Assembly (NCBI RefSeq): GCF_006345805.1
Contig: NC_042998.1
Coordinates: forward strand, 62,062,001-62,126,000
Source of the DNA: Octopus sinensis
Taxonomy: Eukaryota
Length of the DNA stretch: 64,000 bases
Direction: 5' to 3'
Positions 50,816 to 63,687 of this stretch are shown here, one piece after another. Each line of letters opens with the position of its first letter. Within the stretch, counting starts at the first letter, position 1. Below the pieces are notes generated by a model. It worked only from the letters and a program-made list of their open reading frames with translations. It made no database searches and was not told where the DNA came from. The position numbers and the translations under genes were made by a program.

Positions 50816-50818
<3 letters not shown>
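50533..50818 (-). mobile_element. tRNA-derived SINE family C
   Basis: tggcctagtggttagggc...gtttcgattcccag A/B boxes, flanked by (TA)n. Confidence 0.8.
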
Positions 50819-50847
<29 letters not shown>

Positions 50848-51208
50848 CTAGCTGAAGGTGACCCACTCTACGCGCGGGTAAGAGTGTGGTTGTTACTTTC
50901 TGTTGCTTCCTTTCAGCACGTAAAAAGCACCATCCGAACGTCGCGGATTGCAGCGCCGCCTTGACTGGCTTCTGTGCTGGTGGCACGTAAAAAGCACCAA
51001 CCGATCGTGGCCGCTGCCAGCCCCCCTGGCACCTGTGCAGGCGGCACGAAAAAAGCACCCACTACGCTCACAGAGTGGTTGGCGTTAGGAAGGGCATCCA
51101 CCTGTCGAAACACTGCCAGATCAGACTGGAGCCTGGTGCAGCCTCCTGGCTTCCCAGACCCCTGTCAAACTGTCCAACCCGTGCTAGCACGGAAAACGGA
51201 CGTTAAAC

Positions 51209-51239
<31 letters not shown>

Positions 51240-52669
51240 CTCCCTCTTTGTTTCTTTCTCCTTTCTCTCTCACTTTCCCACTCTCTTACTCTTCCTTTCT
51301 CTCGGACTCTCCCTCGCTTTCTCTTACTCTCTATCTTATGTATCTCTCTCCCATTTATAAACAACAAAAGATCTTGAGTAAGTTGAGAAAAAAAATATTT
51401 AGAAAGATCAATCATAAATATCAGGCAGTTACAAAGGAAAGGTCTGCTTCAAGACAGACAGCAAAACACTAACATTTAAAAGGGACAGACGAACTTGCGA
51501 GCTGAATAAAAATAATAAAATATTGGAAACAAAAGTTTGAAGGGATAGAATTTGAGGATAGTAGAGTCACCATGGCTGGCATTTCTTAACGATGGACAGC
51601 AACGTATTGACAGTTCAACGGCTGGCGTAAAAGTTTGAACTTGATGTAAAAGAAAATCCCTAAAAACCAAGTTTTGACTTGATTCTTTCTGACGACAGTA
51701 GACTCACGATGGCAAGCATTCTGAATAAAAATAATAAAATATTGGAAACAAAAGTTTGAAGGGATAGAATTTGAGGATAGTAGAGTCACCATGGCTGGAA
51801 TTTCTTAACGACGGACAGCAACGTATTGACAGTTCAGCGGCTGGTGTAAAAGTTTGAACTTGATGTAAAAGAAAATCCCTAAAAACCAAGTTTTGACTTG
51901 ATTCTTTCTCACGACAGTAGACTCACGATGGCAAGCATTCAAAACTTCTTCATCATGGACGGCAACACATTGACGATTAAAAGGCTGGAGCAAATTTTTT
52001 AGCTTGATGTAACAGAGAATTGCTAAACACCCGCTCCTTTAAATTTTAATCCCCTTCCAGCCCCATTTATACCCCTTTTCACCTTTTGGTTAATATAACC
52101 CGATTTAATTGGGTCTACTGGGGCCACATTTTATAAGATGAGGATACAACCAAGTTTCCCAAGTTCTGGTCATAGACCATAGAACACTCAACCAAGTTTC
52201 CCGATTTCTGGTCATAGACCATAGAACAGTGAAGCAAGTTTCCCGAGTTCTGGTCATAGACCATAGAACACTCAACCAAGTTTCCCGAGTTCTGGTCATT
52301 TACAGAATAAATAGAGACGGCGGAGGTGGCAGACGTCGTTGCAATGTAAACATGATTTGTTATAAGAGAAAGATTGTCCAGATTGTGTGTTGGTGGTGTT
52401 GGTGGTGGCGATGATAATTATCATTAGGAAAAAGAGTGAGTGAGTGAGGAAGACATACATAAGTTGTGGCGATGATAATTGTAGACCCCTTTTCACATTT
52501 TGATGAAGAGAACCCGATTTCATTTGGGTGTACTGGGGCTACATATAGGTGTGTGTGTGTGTGCACGCTGTAGAAATTAAATTAGAGATAAAACCACTAA
52601 TAGGGAAATGAAACAGTAAAAAACCAAAAACAAAAACATAAAAATAAAAATATAATATTAGATATATGA

Positions 52670-52701
<32 letters not shown>

Positions 52702-53119
52702 TGACAGGTAGACAATAGAATGCGATGGCGATGGGGATGGCGAGTAATATTTGTTACTGTCCATGAACGCTGAGAGATACATGAGTAAAATGTATAGGAA
52801 GGTAAGAGATAGAGTGAGTGAAAATGTTCTTGGAAGAGAGTAAATAGCTACAGAGTGATTTGAGGAAGACTTTACATTAAATAACGGTAGTTGCATTGTC
52901 AAATGAAGAGGAGTGACAGAGTACTGGAGGAAATAGGGTGAGGTAGGAAGATGGCCCCTAGCAACCACACCTTTTAAGATAGGGATTTCTAAGGTAGCCC
53001 ACGCGCATCGTCACCTCATTCTACATGTCCCTGTAAATTTTGGATTGAATCGGACGGGATGTAGTGGCATTGAAAGCGAACCAAGCGGTAAAAACGCATT
53101 TCAGTTTTATATAGAGAGA
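50848..53119 (-). mobile_element. Non-autonomous Helitron with internal minisatellites and an RTE insertion (50915-51237)
   Basis: Minus strand A|TCtctctatataaaa ... acccgcgcgtagagtgggt hairpin ... CTAG|T. Internal 218-bp and ~43-bp tandem repeats. Confidence 0.72.
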
Positions 53120-53126
53120 TATATAT

Positions 53127-53760
53127 GTGCATACCTTCCTTCTTGTGACACTTGTGAAGACCTGTTGAGGCAAGTGAAAATCAAAAAATCAAAAAATCAA
53201 ACAAAATCAAAATAGATGAACATCAATGGAATTTGTATCCTTGTGGTACCAGTGCCGGTGGCACACAAGAAAACCATCCGAACGTGGCCGTAGCCAGTAC
53301 CACACCGACTGGCCTCCATGCTGTGGGCACGTAACAATCACCATCCGATCATGGCCGATCGCCAGCCTCATATGGCTCCTGTGTCGGTGGCACATAAAAA
53401 ACACCATCCGAGCGTGGTCGTCTGCTAGCCTTGTCTGGCACCTGTGTCGGTGGCACATAAAAACACCATCCGAGCGTGGCCGTTCGCCAGCCTCAATTGG
53501 CACCTGTGTCGGTGGCACATAAAAACACCATCCGAGCGTGGCCGTTCGCCAGCCTCGTCTGGCACCTGTGTCGGTGGCACATAAAATCACCCACTACACT
53601 CTCGGAGTGGTTGGCGTTAGGAAGGGCATCCAGCTGTAGAAACACTGCCAGATCTGACTGGCCTGGTGCAGCCTTCGGGCTCCCCAAACCCCAGTTGAAC
53701 CGTCCAACCCATGCTAGCATGGAAAGCGGACGTTAAATGATGATGATGATGATGATGATG
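53127..53760 (+). mobile_element. RTE-LINE 3' UTR with six ~62-bp units (duplicate at 56117-56750)
   Basis: gcacctgtgtcggtggcacataaaaacaccatccgagcgtggccgttcgccagcctcgtctg repeats. Confidence 0.9.
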
Positions 53761-53768
53761 ATATATAT

Positions 53769-53838
<70 letters not shown>

Positions 53839-53839
<1 letters not shown>

Positions 53840-54199
53840 TAGCTGAAGGTGACCCACTCTACGCGCGGGTAAGAGTGTGGTTGTTACTTTCTGTTGCTTC
53901 CTTTCAGCACGTAAAAAGCACCATCCGAACGTCGCGGATTGCAGCGCCGCCTTGACTGGCTTCTGTGCTGGTGGCACGTAAAAAGCACCAACCGATCGTG
54001 GCCGCTGCCAGCCCCCCTGGCACCTGTGCAGGCGGCACGAAAAAAGCACCCACTACGCTCACAGAGTGGTTGGCGTTAGGAAGGGCATCCACCTGTCGAA
54101 ACACTGCCAGATCAGACTGGAGCCTGGTGCAGCCTCCTGGCTTCCCAGACCCCTGTCAAACTGTCCAACCCGTGCTAGCACGGAAAACGGACGTTAAAC

Positions 54200-54230
<31 letters not shown>

Positions 54231-56109
54231 CTCCCTCTTTGTTTCTTTCTCCTTTCTCTCTCACTTTCCCACTCTCTTACTCTTCCTTTCTCTCGGACTC
54301 TCCCTCGCTTTCTCTTACTCTCTATCTTTATGTATCTCTCTCCCATTTATAAACAACAAAAGATCTTGAGTAAGTTGAGAAAAAAAATATTTAGAAAGAT
54401 CAATCATAAATATCAGGCAGTTACAAAGGAAAGGTCTGCTTCAAGACAGACAGCAAAACACTAACATTTAAAAGGGACAGACGAACTTGCGAGCTGAATA
54501 AAAATAATAAAATATTGGAAACAAAAGTTTGAAGGGATAGAATTTGAGGATAGTAGAGTCACCATGGCTGGCATTTCTTAACGACGGACAGCAACGTATT
54601 GACAGTTCAACGGCTGGCGTAAAAGTTTGAACTTGATGTAAAAGAAAATCCCTAAAAACCAAGTTTTGACTTGATTCTTTCTGACGACAGTAGACTCACG
54701 ATGGCAAGCATTCTGAATAAAAATAATAAAATATTGGAAACAAAAGTTTGAAGGGATAGAATTTGAGGATAGTAGAGTCACCATGGCTGGAATTTCTTAA
54801 CGACGGACAGCAACGTATTGACAGTTCAACGGCTGGTGTAAAAGTTTGAACTTGATGTAAAAGAAAATCCCTAAAAACCAAGTTTTGACTTGATTCTTTC
54901 TCACGACAGTAGACTCACGATGGCAAGCATTCAAAACTTCTTCATCATGGACGGCAACACATTGACGATTAAAAGGCTGGAGCAAATTTTTTAGCTTGAT
55001 GTAACAGAGAATTGCTAAACACCCGCTCCTTTAAATTTTAATCCCCTTCCAGCCCCATTTATACCCCTTTTCACCTTTTGGTTAATATAACCCGATTTAA
55101 TTTGGGTCTACTGGGGCCACATTTTATAAGATGAGGATACAACCAAGTTTCCCAAGTTCTGGTCATAGACCATAGAACACTCAACCAAGTTTCCCGATTT
55201 CTGGTCATAGACCATAGAACAGTGAAGCAAGTTTCCCGAGTTCTGGTCATAGACCATAGAACACTCAACCAAGTTTCCCGAGTTCTGGTCATTTACAGAA
55301 TAAATAGAGACGGCGGAGGTGGCAGACGTCGTTGCAATGTAAACATGATTTGTTATAAGAGAAAGATTGTCCAGATTGTGTGTTGGTGGTGTTGGTGGTG
55401 GCGATGATAATTATCATTAGAAAAAGAGTGAGTGAGTGAGGAAGACATACATAAGTTGTGGCGATGATAATTGTAGACCCCTTTTCACATTTTGATGAAG
55501 AGAACCCGATTTCATTCGGGTGTACTGGGGCTACATATAGGTGTGTGTGTGTGTGCACGCTGTAGAAATTAAATTAGAGATAAAACCACTAATAGGGAAA
55601 TGAAACAGTAAAAAACCAAAAACAAAAACATAAAAATAAAAATATAATTTTAGATATATGAATATATGTGTGTGTGTGTGTGTGTGTGTGTTGACAGGTA
55701 GACAATAGAATGCGATGGCGATGGGGATGGCGAGTAATATTTGTTACTGTCCATGAACGCTGAGAGATACATGAGTAAAATGTATAGGAAGGTAAGAGAT
55801 AGAGTGAGTGAAAATGTTCTTGGAAGAGAGTAAATAGCTACAGAGTGATTTGAGGAAGACTTAACATTAAATAACGGTAGTTGCATTGTCAAATGAAGAG
55901 GAGTGACAGAGTACTGGAGGAAATAGGGTGAGGTAGGAAGATGGCCCCTAGCAACCACACCTTTTAAGATAGGGATTTCTAAGGTAGCCCACGCGCATCG
56001 TCACCTCATTCTACATGTCCCTGTAAATTTTGGATTGAATCGGACGGGATGTAGTGGCATTGAAAGCGAACCAAGCGGTAAAAACGCATTTCAGTTTTAT
56101 ATAGAGAGA
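53839..56109 (-). mobile_element. Second copy of the non-autonomous Helitron
   Basis: Same termini as 50848-53119. Confidence 0.72.
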
Positions 56110-56751
56110 TATATATGTGCATACCTTCCTTCTTGTGACACTTGTGAAGACCTGTTGAGGCAAGTGAAAATCAAAAAATCAAAAAATCAAACAAAATCAA
56201 AATAGATGAACATCAATGGAATTTGTATCCTTGTGGTACCAGTGCCGGTGGCACAGAGGAAAACCATCCGAACGTGGCCGTAGCCAGTACCACACCGACT
56301 GGCCTCCATGCTGTGGGCACGTAACAATCACCATCCGATCATGGCCGATCGCCAGCCTCATATGGCTCCTGTGTCGGTGGCACATAAAAAACACCATCCG
56401 AGCGTGGTCGTCTGCTAGCCTTGTCTGGCACCTGTGTCGGTGGCACATAAAAACACCATCCGAGCGTGGCCGTTCGCCAGCCTCGTCTGGCACCTGTGTC
56501 GGTGGCACATAAAAACACCATCCGAGCGTGGCCGTTCGCCAGCCTCGTCTGGCACCTGTGTCGGTGGCACATAAAATCACCCACTACACTCTCGGAGTGG
56601 TTGGCGTTAGGAAGGGCATCCAGCTGTAGAAACACTGCCAGATCTGACTGGCCTGGTGCAGCCTTCGGGCTCCCCAAACCCCAGTTGAACCGTCCAACCC
56701 ATGCTAGCATGGAAAGCGGACGTTAAATGATGATGATGATGATGATGATGA

Positions 56752-56805
<54 letters not shown>

Positions 56806-56808
56806 CAT

Positions 56809-56980
56809 ATCATCATCATCATCATCGTTTAACGTCCGCTTTCCATGCTTGAATGGGTTGGACGGTTCAACTGGGGTCTGGGAAGCCCAAAGTCTGCACC
56901 AGGCCAGTCAGATCTGGCAGTGTTTCTACAGCTGGATGCCCTTCCTAACGCCAACTACTCCGTGAGTGTAGTGGGTGCTT
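56809..56980 (-). mobile_element. RTE-LINE 3' tip
   Basis: Shared terminus. Confidence 0.85.
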
Positions 56981-56984
56981 TATA

Positions 56985-57019
<35 letters not shown>

Positions 57020-57061
57020 TATATATATATATATTATATATATATATATATATATACATAC

Positions 57062-57126
<65 letters not shown>

Positions 57127-57160
57127 ACATATATATATATATATACACACATATATATAC

Positions 57161-57193
<33 letters not shown>

Positions 57194-57495
57194 TACATAC
57201 GTAAATTTTGCTTAATTGGAGTTTAAATTTTAAAAACTGGACCTGGCATGACCCGATGCATTCTACTCTTAAAAATGCTAGGTAAATTGTAATTGAAGAA
57301 ATCCTATATTGTAGTTTTCTATAAGTTACAAAGGGAGGCAGATGAAATCTGCCTTTTATAATAAGAGATACATAAACATATATATGTATGTATATATATA
57401 TATATGTATATATATATATAAATTTTAAGTCCCCCGTACTAAGAATGAAAAGAATCATAAATTGAAAAGCCAGACATACCTGTATATATATATAT

Positions 57496-59029
57496 AGCCT
57501 AGTCACCCGTATAGTTAATCAGGTGATACATGAAGGAGTCATACCCAATGACTGGTGTAGCAGCATAATAGTCAACTGCTACAAAGGTAAAGGTGACGCC
57601 CTAGATACAAATAATTACAGAGGTATCAAGCTATTGGATCAGGTAATGAAGGTTACGGAGAGGGTCATAGCCCAACTAATTAGAGAGAGAGTTAGTTTAG
57701 ATGAGATGCAGTTTGGGTTCGTGCCAGGGAAAAGTACCACTGATGCTATATTCCTGGTAAGGCAGCTGCAGGAGAAATACCTAGCCAAAGATAAGCCCCT
57801 GTACCTGGCTTTTGTTGACTTGAAGAAAGCCTTCGACAGGGTCCCCCGATCCCTTATCTGGTGGTCAATGAGGAAACTAGGAATAGATGAATGGTTAGTG
57901 AGAGCTGTGCGAGCCATGTACAGGGACGCTGCTAGTGAGGTGAGGGTTGGCAACGAGTACAGTGAAGAATTCCGGGTAGAGGTAGGAGTCCACCAAGGCT
58001 CAGTCCTCAGCCCCCTCCTATTTATCATAGTCCTCCAGGCAATAACGGAGGAATTCAAGACAGGATGCCCTTGGGAGCTCCTCTATACTGATGACCTTGC
58101 TCTAATTGCTGATTCACTATCAGAACTGGAGAAGTTTCAGGTGTGGAAGCAAGGATTAGAATCGAAGGGCCTTAGAGTCAATCTAGCTAAAACCAAAGTC
58201 CTAATAAGGTAGACAAATCACAAACGCCTTCAGGTAGATGGCCCTGCTCAATCTGTAGAAAAGGTGTAGGTAGAAACTGTATAAGATGCACCAAGTGTAA
58301 GCTATGGACACATAAGAGGTGCAGCAATGTCAAAGGAAGGCTAACTAGGAAGATGGTTTTTGTATGTGGCAGATGCTCAGGAACAATAAACACTGAAAAT
58401 GCTCTGAGACCAACTTCTGTCACTTTCCTGGGAGAAAAACTAGAAATAGTTGATAGCTTCCGTTACCTAGGTGACCAAGTCAGCAGCGGGGGTGGGTGTG
58501 CTGAAAGTGTAACTGCTAGAGTAAGAATAGCTTGGGCAAAGTTCAGAGAGCTCTTACCTCTGCTGGTGACAAAAGGCCTCTCGCTCAGAGTAAAAGGCAG
58601 ACTGTATAACACGTCTGTACAAACAGCCATGCTACTTGGCAGTGAAACATGGGCTGTGACTGCTGAGGATATGCGTAAGCTCGCAAGAAATGAAGCCAGT
58701 ATGCTCTGATGGATGTGTAATGTCAGTATTCATACTCGACAGAGTGTAAGTACCTTGAGAGAAAAGCTGACCTAAGAAGCATCAGATGTGGTGTGCAAGA
58801 GAGACGTTTGCGCTGGTATGGACATGTGGTGAGAATGGATGAAGATAGTTGTGTGAAAAAGTGCCACACCCTAGCAGTTGAGGGAACCTGTGGAAGAGGC
58901 AGACCCAGGAAAACCTGGGACGAGGTGGTGAAGCACGACCATCGAACTTTAGGTCTCACCAAGGAAATGACTAGAGACTGAGACCTCTGGAAGTATGCTG
59001 TGTGCAAGAAGACCCGGCAGGACAAGTGA
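57496..59029 (+). pseudogene. RTE-clade LINE ORF, 5'-truncated: RT domain, PHD finger and C-terminal region
   Basis: NYRGIKLL, QFGFVPGKSTTDAIF, AFVDLKKAFDRV, GVHQGSVLSPLLF, LLYTDDL, GLRVNLAKTKV, RRLRWYGHV. Frameshifts near 58208 and 58768, stop at 58707. Confidence 0.95.
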
Positions 59030-59349
59030 GACAATAGCCCGTGGCCTTCTACATGGGATGTAGCCAGCCCACTTATGCATACCTTCCCTTCTTGGAACAC
59101 AAAACTCTGCTTGTGAAGACCCGTTGAGGCAAGTGAGAATCAGAATCGAAATCGATCAATGGAAATTGCAGCTGAGTTACCAGTGCCGGTGGCACGTAAA
59201 AAGCACCATCCGTTCGTGGCCATTCCCAGCCTCACCTGGCCCCCGTGCCGGTGGCACGTAAAAAGCACCATCCATTCGTGGCCGTTGCCAGCCTCGCCTG
59301 GCCCCCGTGCCGATGGCACATAAAAAGCACCATCCGATCGTGGCCGTTT
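59030..59349 (+). mobile_element. RTE-LINE 3' UTR, truncated after three repeat units
   Basis: Contiguous with the ORF, showing that the abundant gtggcac/(TGA)n repeat is the LINE UTR. Confidence 0.88.
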
Positions 59350-59412
59350 TCCAGAAGAAAGAAAGCCAAAACTTTCAGATAGGGACCATATATGTATGTA
59401 TGTATACATATA

Positions 59413-60679
59413 CAGGGGTTGGACAAAATAATGGAAACACCTAACATAGCATCATAATTTTGAAATGTCTATAAAATCGTCAAAAGCTTGTTTATTTTTA
59501 TGTTTTTTTATTTATTATTAGTGTTGCTTAATATGTTTTGCTGAAATTGCTGTTTCTTTTCAGATATCATCAGAAAAGGGTAATTAAAATTCATTAAAAT
59601 TACAGATCTATCGGACTTTCACAGTGGTCAAATTGTTAGTGCTCATATGGCAGGCACTAGCATAATGAAAACAGCCAAAATCTTTGGTGTATCAAGAAGT
59701 GTCTCAAAAGTAATGACAGCCTTTGAGAAAGATGTAAAACATCCTCATCAAAACAAAACTCCAGAAGAAAGCCAAAACTTTCAGATAGGGACCATTGGAC
59801 TCTTACAGGAATTGTTAGAAAGGATCACAAAAGTACAACTCCCAAAACTACTGCAAAGCTTAATGACCACCTCGAGAACCCAGTTTCCACAATAACTGTT
59901 CGCCAGGAGCTGCACAAAGTTGCATTTCACAGGAGGGCTGCAAACAGAAAACCACTACTTTCAAAAACAAATGTTGCAATGCGTTTAGAGTGGAGTAAAA
60001 ACCTACAGAATTGATCCCTAGAGCAGTGGAAGAATGTTATTTTCTCGGACGAGTCATCTTTTACTGTATTTCCAACCACCAGCCAAGTATATATGTAGAG
60101 ACAGCCAAAAGAAGCATTTGACCCAGATTGCCTTCTTCCAACTGTTAAACATGGAGGAGGATCTGTGATGATCTTGTGGGGGCTATATCTTGGAAATCCA
60201 CTGGCTCAATGGTTTCCCTTCATGGCAGAATTAATAGTCAAGACTATTTAAGCATTTTATCTGATCAAATTCATCCTATGGTTGTGGAACTGTTTCTGGA
60301 GGGAAACACAATCTTTCAGGATGATAATGTACCAATTCACACAGCTAAAGTTATTACTAAATGGCACGAGGAACATTCTAGTGAAGTTGAACATCTTATT
60401 TGGCCACCACAGTCCCCAGATCTCAATATTATTGAACATTTATGGTGCATTTTAGAAAAACAAGTTAGGAGTTGAGATCCTCCACCATCATCTCTACAAG
60501 AACTGGAGACTGTTTTAGCTGAAGCATGGACAAATTTTCTCTGGAAACAATTCAAAATTTGTACAAGTCCATACCTTGTAGAATTCAAGCTGCAATTATG
60601 GCCAAAGGCAATCCTACCCAATATTAAAATAAATTTGTTTGAAATTTTAAGGTGTTTCCATTATTTTGTCCAATCCCTT
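59413..60679 (+). mobile_element. Full-length decayed Tc1 (DD34E) transposon
   Basis: 30-bp TIRs caggggttggacaaaataatggaaacacct, TA TSD. VIFSDES, PTVKHGGGSVM, IFQDDNVPIH, WPPQSPDLNIIEHLW. Confidence 0.95.
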
Positions 60680-60688
60680 TATATACAA

Positions 60689-61053
60689 CTAGCACTATGA
60701 CCCGGCAACACTGGGTCATAGTGCTAGTGTATGCATATACAGCTGTGTGCGTGTGCACATAAACACGAGTACTAGCCAAATCTCCTGCCAATCACATACA
60801 GCTAGCTCGCATTCAATTGGCATATCAAGTTTCGGGCATTTTGATTGGGTTTTGGATAGAAAATTCACAAAAAAGTTACTTCTATTGATTTTTTAATGGC
60901 TTTGCGGGGTGACTGGGGAAATGTAAAGATATGCACGACCACCCTTGGATGGTTTTAAATGACTATAGAAAATGCGAGCCCCTTTAACTAAAAAATTGTG
61001 GATTTGTATAAAGGACACACACACAGACATTTTGCTGTTTATATATATAGAGA
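60689..61053 (-). mobile_element. Non-autonomous Helitron
   Basis: Minus strand A|TCtctatatatataaa ... hairpin ... CTAG|T. Confidence 0.78.
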
Positions 61054-61084
61054 TGATAAGATTAGCTAAATCCTTTTAAAGTCA

Positions 61085-61410
61085 AGTTTTGTGGTATCAT
61101 GGTTCATTCGAGTAGGGAGTTCATGTTGAGTGAGTAGTATGCAGCTATAGGTTGCTTATCTAGTATTTCTTGAAGAAATTTGTCCAGATTCCGTTTAAAG
61201 GTAATGGGATCCTTCTCCTCTTTGATCTGTTTTGGGACAATGTTAAAGAAGGCAGGGCCTGTTGAGGAAAAGAAATTGTGCTGCAGTATGTTTATGTGTT
61301 GGGATCCTGAACTGGGTAGGGGATGTATGGCTCATGGTCCTAGCCTTGGATGAATTTTGAAGCTAATGCTGAGATCATTTGGGAGGTACTGGTGGTATAT
61401 TCTCCACATT
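61085..61410 (-). pseudogene. CR1-group LINE ORF2 C-terminal fragment
   Basis: YSLQ..WRIY..LPN..HPRLG...NFFSSTGPAFFNIVPKQIK..FKRNLDKFLQEILD..NSLLE*. Confidence 0.6.
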
Positions 61411-62219
61411 GGCAGCACTGGAGAGAATAAAGTATATATATGATGTAGATTGAAAAGGTCACTTAAACTAAATGATGAACTACTACTTATGAAATTACTA
61501 TTTTGCTAGAAATATTTTGTGCGCAAACTGGTGTGTGTGTGTGCATGTATGTGATATTAGACGTTATATTCATCACATTCACTAACAATATTTAAAGTAG
61601 ACATCCTTCACTTTCCAACCAACAGCATGACTGATTGTTATAATACAAACCACCTGTCAATTCTTCCCTCACATCAATTTTATTCTTTTTTTTTATTTTA
61701 CAGATTTCTTTTTATTTTTTTAGCAATTCTATTTTTATCTCTTTAAGATAACAGAGAAGTTACTTAGTGCATCAGAACATACTAAAATCTATAAATGTAT
61801 AAATATCATTCATAAGATTTACACGTGTCCTATATAGCAAAATGCATTTTTTCGATTTTTAAGTTTACAATGACAAATATCCTCATGACTCATATTGTGA
61901 ATGAAGGCAAAACTTTATCTGCAAATGTTTCCTCTGTAAAATTGCAATGGACATTATTGAAGCCAGTTTAAGAGACACGCCTCAGTATTTGTACAGCTTC
62001 CTTTTCTTCCAGCTGTTACATATTTTTACATGCCACTGGGTCCAGAGTGGGGACAAAGATGAGAATATGTTTGTGTCTGCTTGTGATTATAAGGCCTCCT
62101 AAAACAGTTTGTGGAAGCATGTGTGTATGTCTCTTCTGTTTTTTAATTATTATAAATCTTCCACTGAGGAGGGTGCTGGTCTCCAACAAAGATACAAGGC
62201 TTTATCTTTGGGATATAGT

Positions 62220-62715
62220 TAATACAGACAAATTCACATTCGTAACTTGAGAAAAATCTTGCATATTTTTACTGTTCCACTCACAGATTGCACTTGTAAT
62301 GTACGAATCAGCCAGTCAATTTCTCTTTCGGAAAATCTCAGTTTATCTCGATTCTCCTTTAATCATTTACTGACAAGACCTAGTGCTCCAATTATTATTG
62401 GTATGAATAGGAATTCATAGTCTGGAGGTTTTGAAGCAGTTATCCATAGATATCAATTTTTCCTTTGATTTTCAAAGAAATGTTTATATCTGCAGGGTAG
62501 CTGACCTCTATGATGGTAGATACCTTTGAATCTCTGTCCCAAACAACAATATCTGGCCTGTTGTATTTACATTTGACGGAAGTTTTGATGGGAATATTCC
62601 ACCAGTATTCCTTGTGTTGGTGTTAATGAATGTAACAGAGGGATTTTCTAAGTTTATTTCAGGACAGTCTTTTTAGCGGATGGCATTGTAAATTGTTTTA
62701 GCAACAACATCGTGC
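62220..62715 (-). pseudogene. RLE-type LINE endonuclease fragment
   Basis: HKEYWWNIPIKTSVKCKYNRPDIVVWDRDSKVSTIIEVSYP...FIPIIIGALG (PD..E motif). Confidence 0.75.
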
Positions 62716-62754
62716 CACATAGGGAGTTAGTATTGTGGTGCATATGTGTGTGCG

Positions 62755-62808
<54 letters not shown>

Positions 62809-62844
62809 TGTGTGTGTATGTATGTGCATATGTATGTATGTATG

Positions 62845-63235
62845 TCATTCAGTTTTATTCCAAGATTTCTTGCCAATACAGAAAGAGCCAGTCTCTAACC
62901 TAGATCTAAGGCTCCTTCATTGGAATTTCAACATCAACAACAGGGTATGTATGTATGTATGTATGTATGTATGTATGTATGTATGTATGTATACATGCAG
63001 ATTTGAATGTTTTGTCTTATATCTTCTCATGCATATAGTTGCATATCTAGACATAAATGTTAATCTTCTGGAAAGTTTTACAGATTTTTACAGTTCCAGT
63101 GATGGCTTGGATCTGTAGTCTTCAAATCAGCTTTCTCCTTTCTGGTCTCAAGATTGATATTAGGGGTAGTGTGCTACATATCCTAGTGCCCCAATAAGTA
63201 CAGATATAAGCTTGAACTTGTAATCTGAATAAAGT
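62845..63235 (-). mobile_element. 3' end of a related RLE-type LINE in (TATG)n
   Basis: LYSDYKFKLISVLIGALGYV...RLQIQAITGTVKICK followed by UTR. Confidence 0.6.
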
Positions 63236-63332
63236 ATGTATGTATGTGTTTGTGTGTGTGTGAGTGTGTGTGTACAGTGTGTTCAAGCTGAATTTGACAG
63301 TTTCACATAAAAGGAAAAGGGAACACAATATC

Positions 63333-63620
63333 TCATCATCATCATCATCATCATCGTTTAATGTATATTTTCCAGGCTGGCATGGGTTGGACGGTTTGAC
63401 TGAGGTCTGGAAAGCCAGTGGCTGCACCAGGCTCTAATCTGATCTGGCAATGTTTCTACAGCCTGATCTCCTTCCTAATGCCAACCACTGCAAGAATGTA
63501 GTGGGTGCTTTTTATGTTTCACTGGCACAGGAGCCACTCAGCACTGGCATCAGCCATGTTAGGATGGTGCTTTTTACATGCCACCAGCATAGGAGCCAGT
63601 CAGGCAGCACTGGCATCTCA
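63333..63620 (-). mobile_element. RTE-LINE 3' fragment
   Basis: Shared terminus and UTR units. Confidence 0.8.
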
Positions 63621-63687
63621 TCCAAAAATAAAAGTATTTTAGAATATCAAAAAAATATCAACTAGATTATAGCTGGGGGATAACTGT

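Larger units (their letters stand above)
50847..56750. repeat. Near-identical 2.99-kb tandem duplication
   Basis: 50847-53760 versus 53838-56750, offset 2991, only scattered substitutions/indels, (TA)n at all three junctions. Confidence 0.95.

Noticed and set aside
53250-53590. CRISPR-like repeat-spacer appearance of the gtggcac units
   Set aside because: The spacers are homologous to each other, no cas genes are present, the context is eukaryotic, and the array is contiguous with a LINE ORF at 59030.
57523-58212. Active RT gene
   Set aside because: 5'-truncated with no endonuclease, plus downstream frameshifts and stops.
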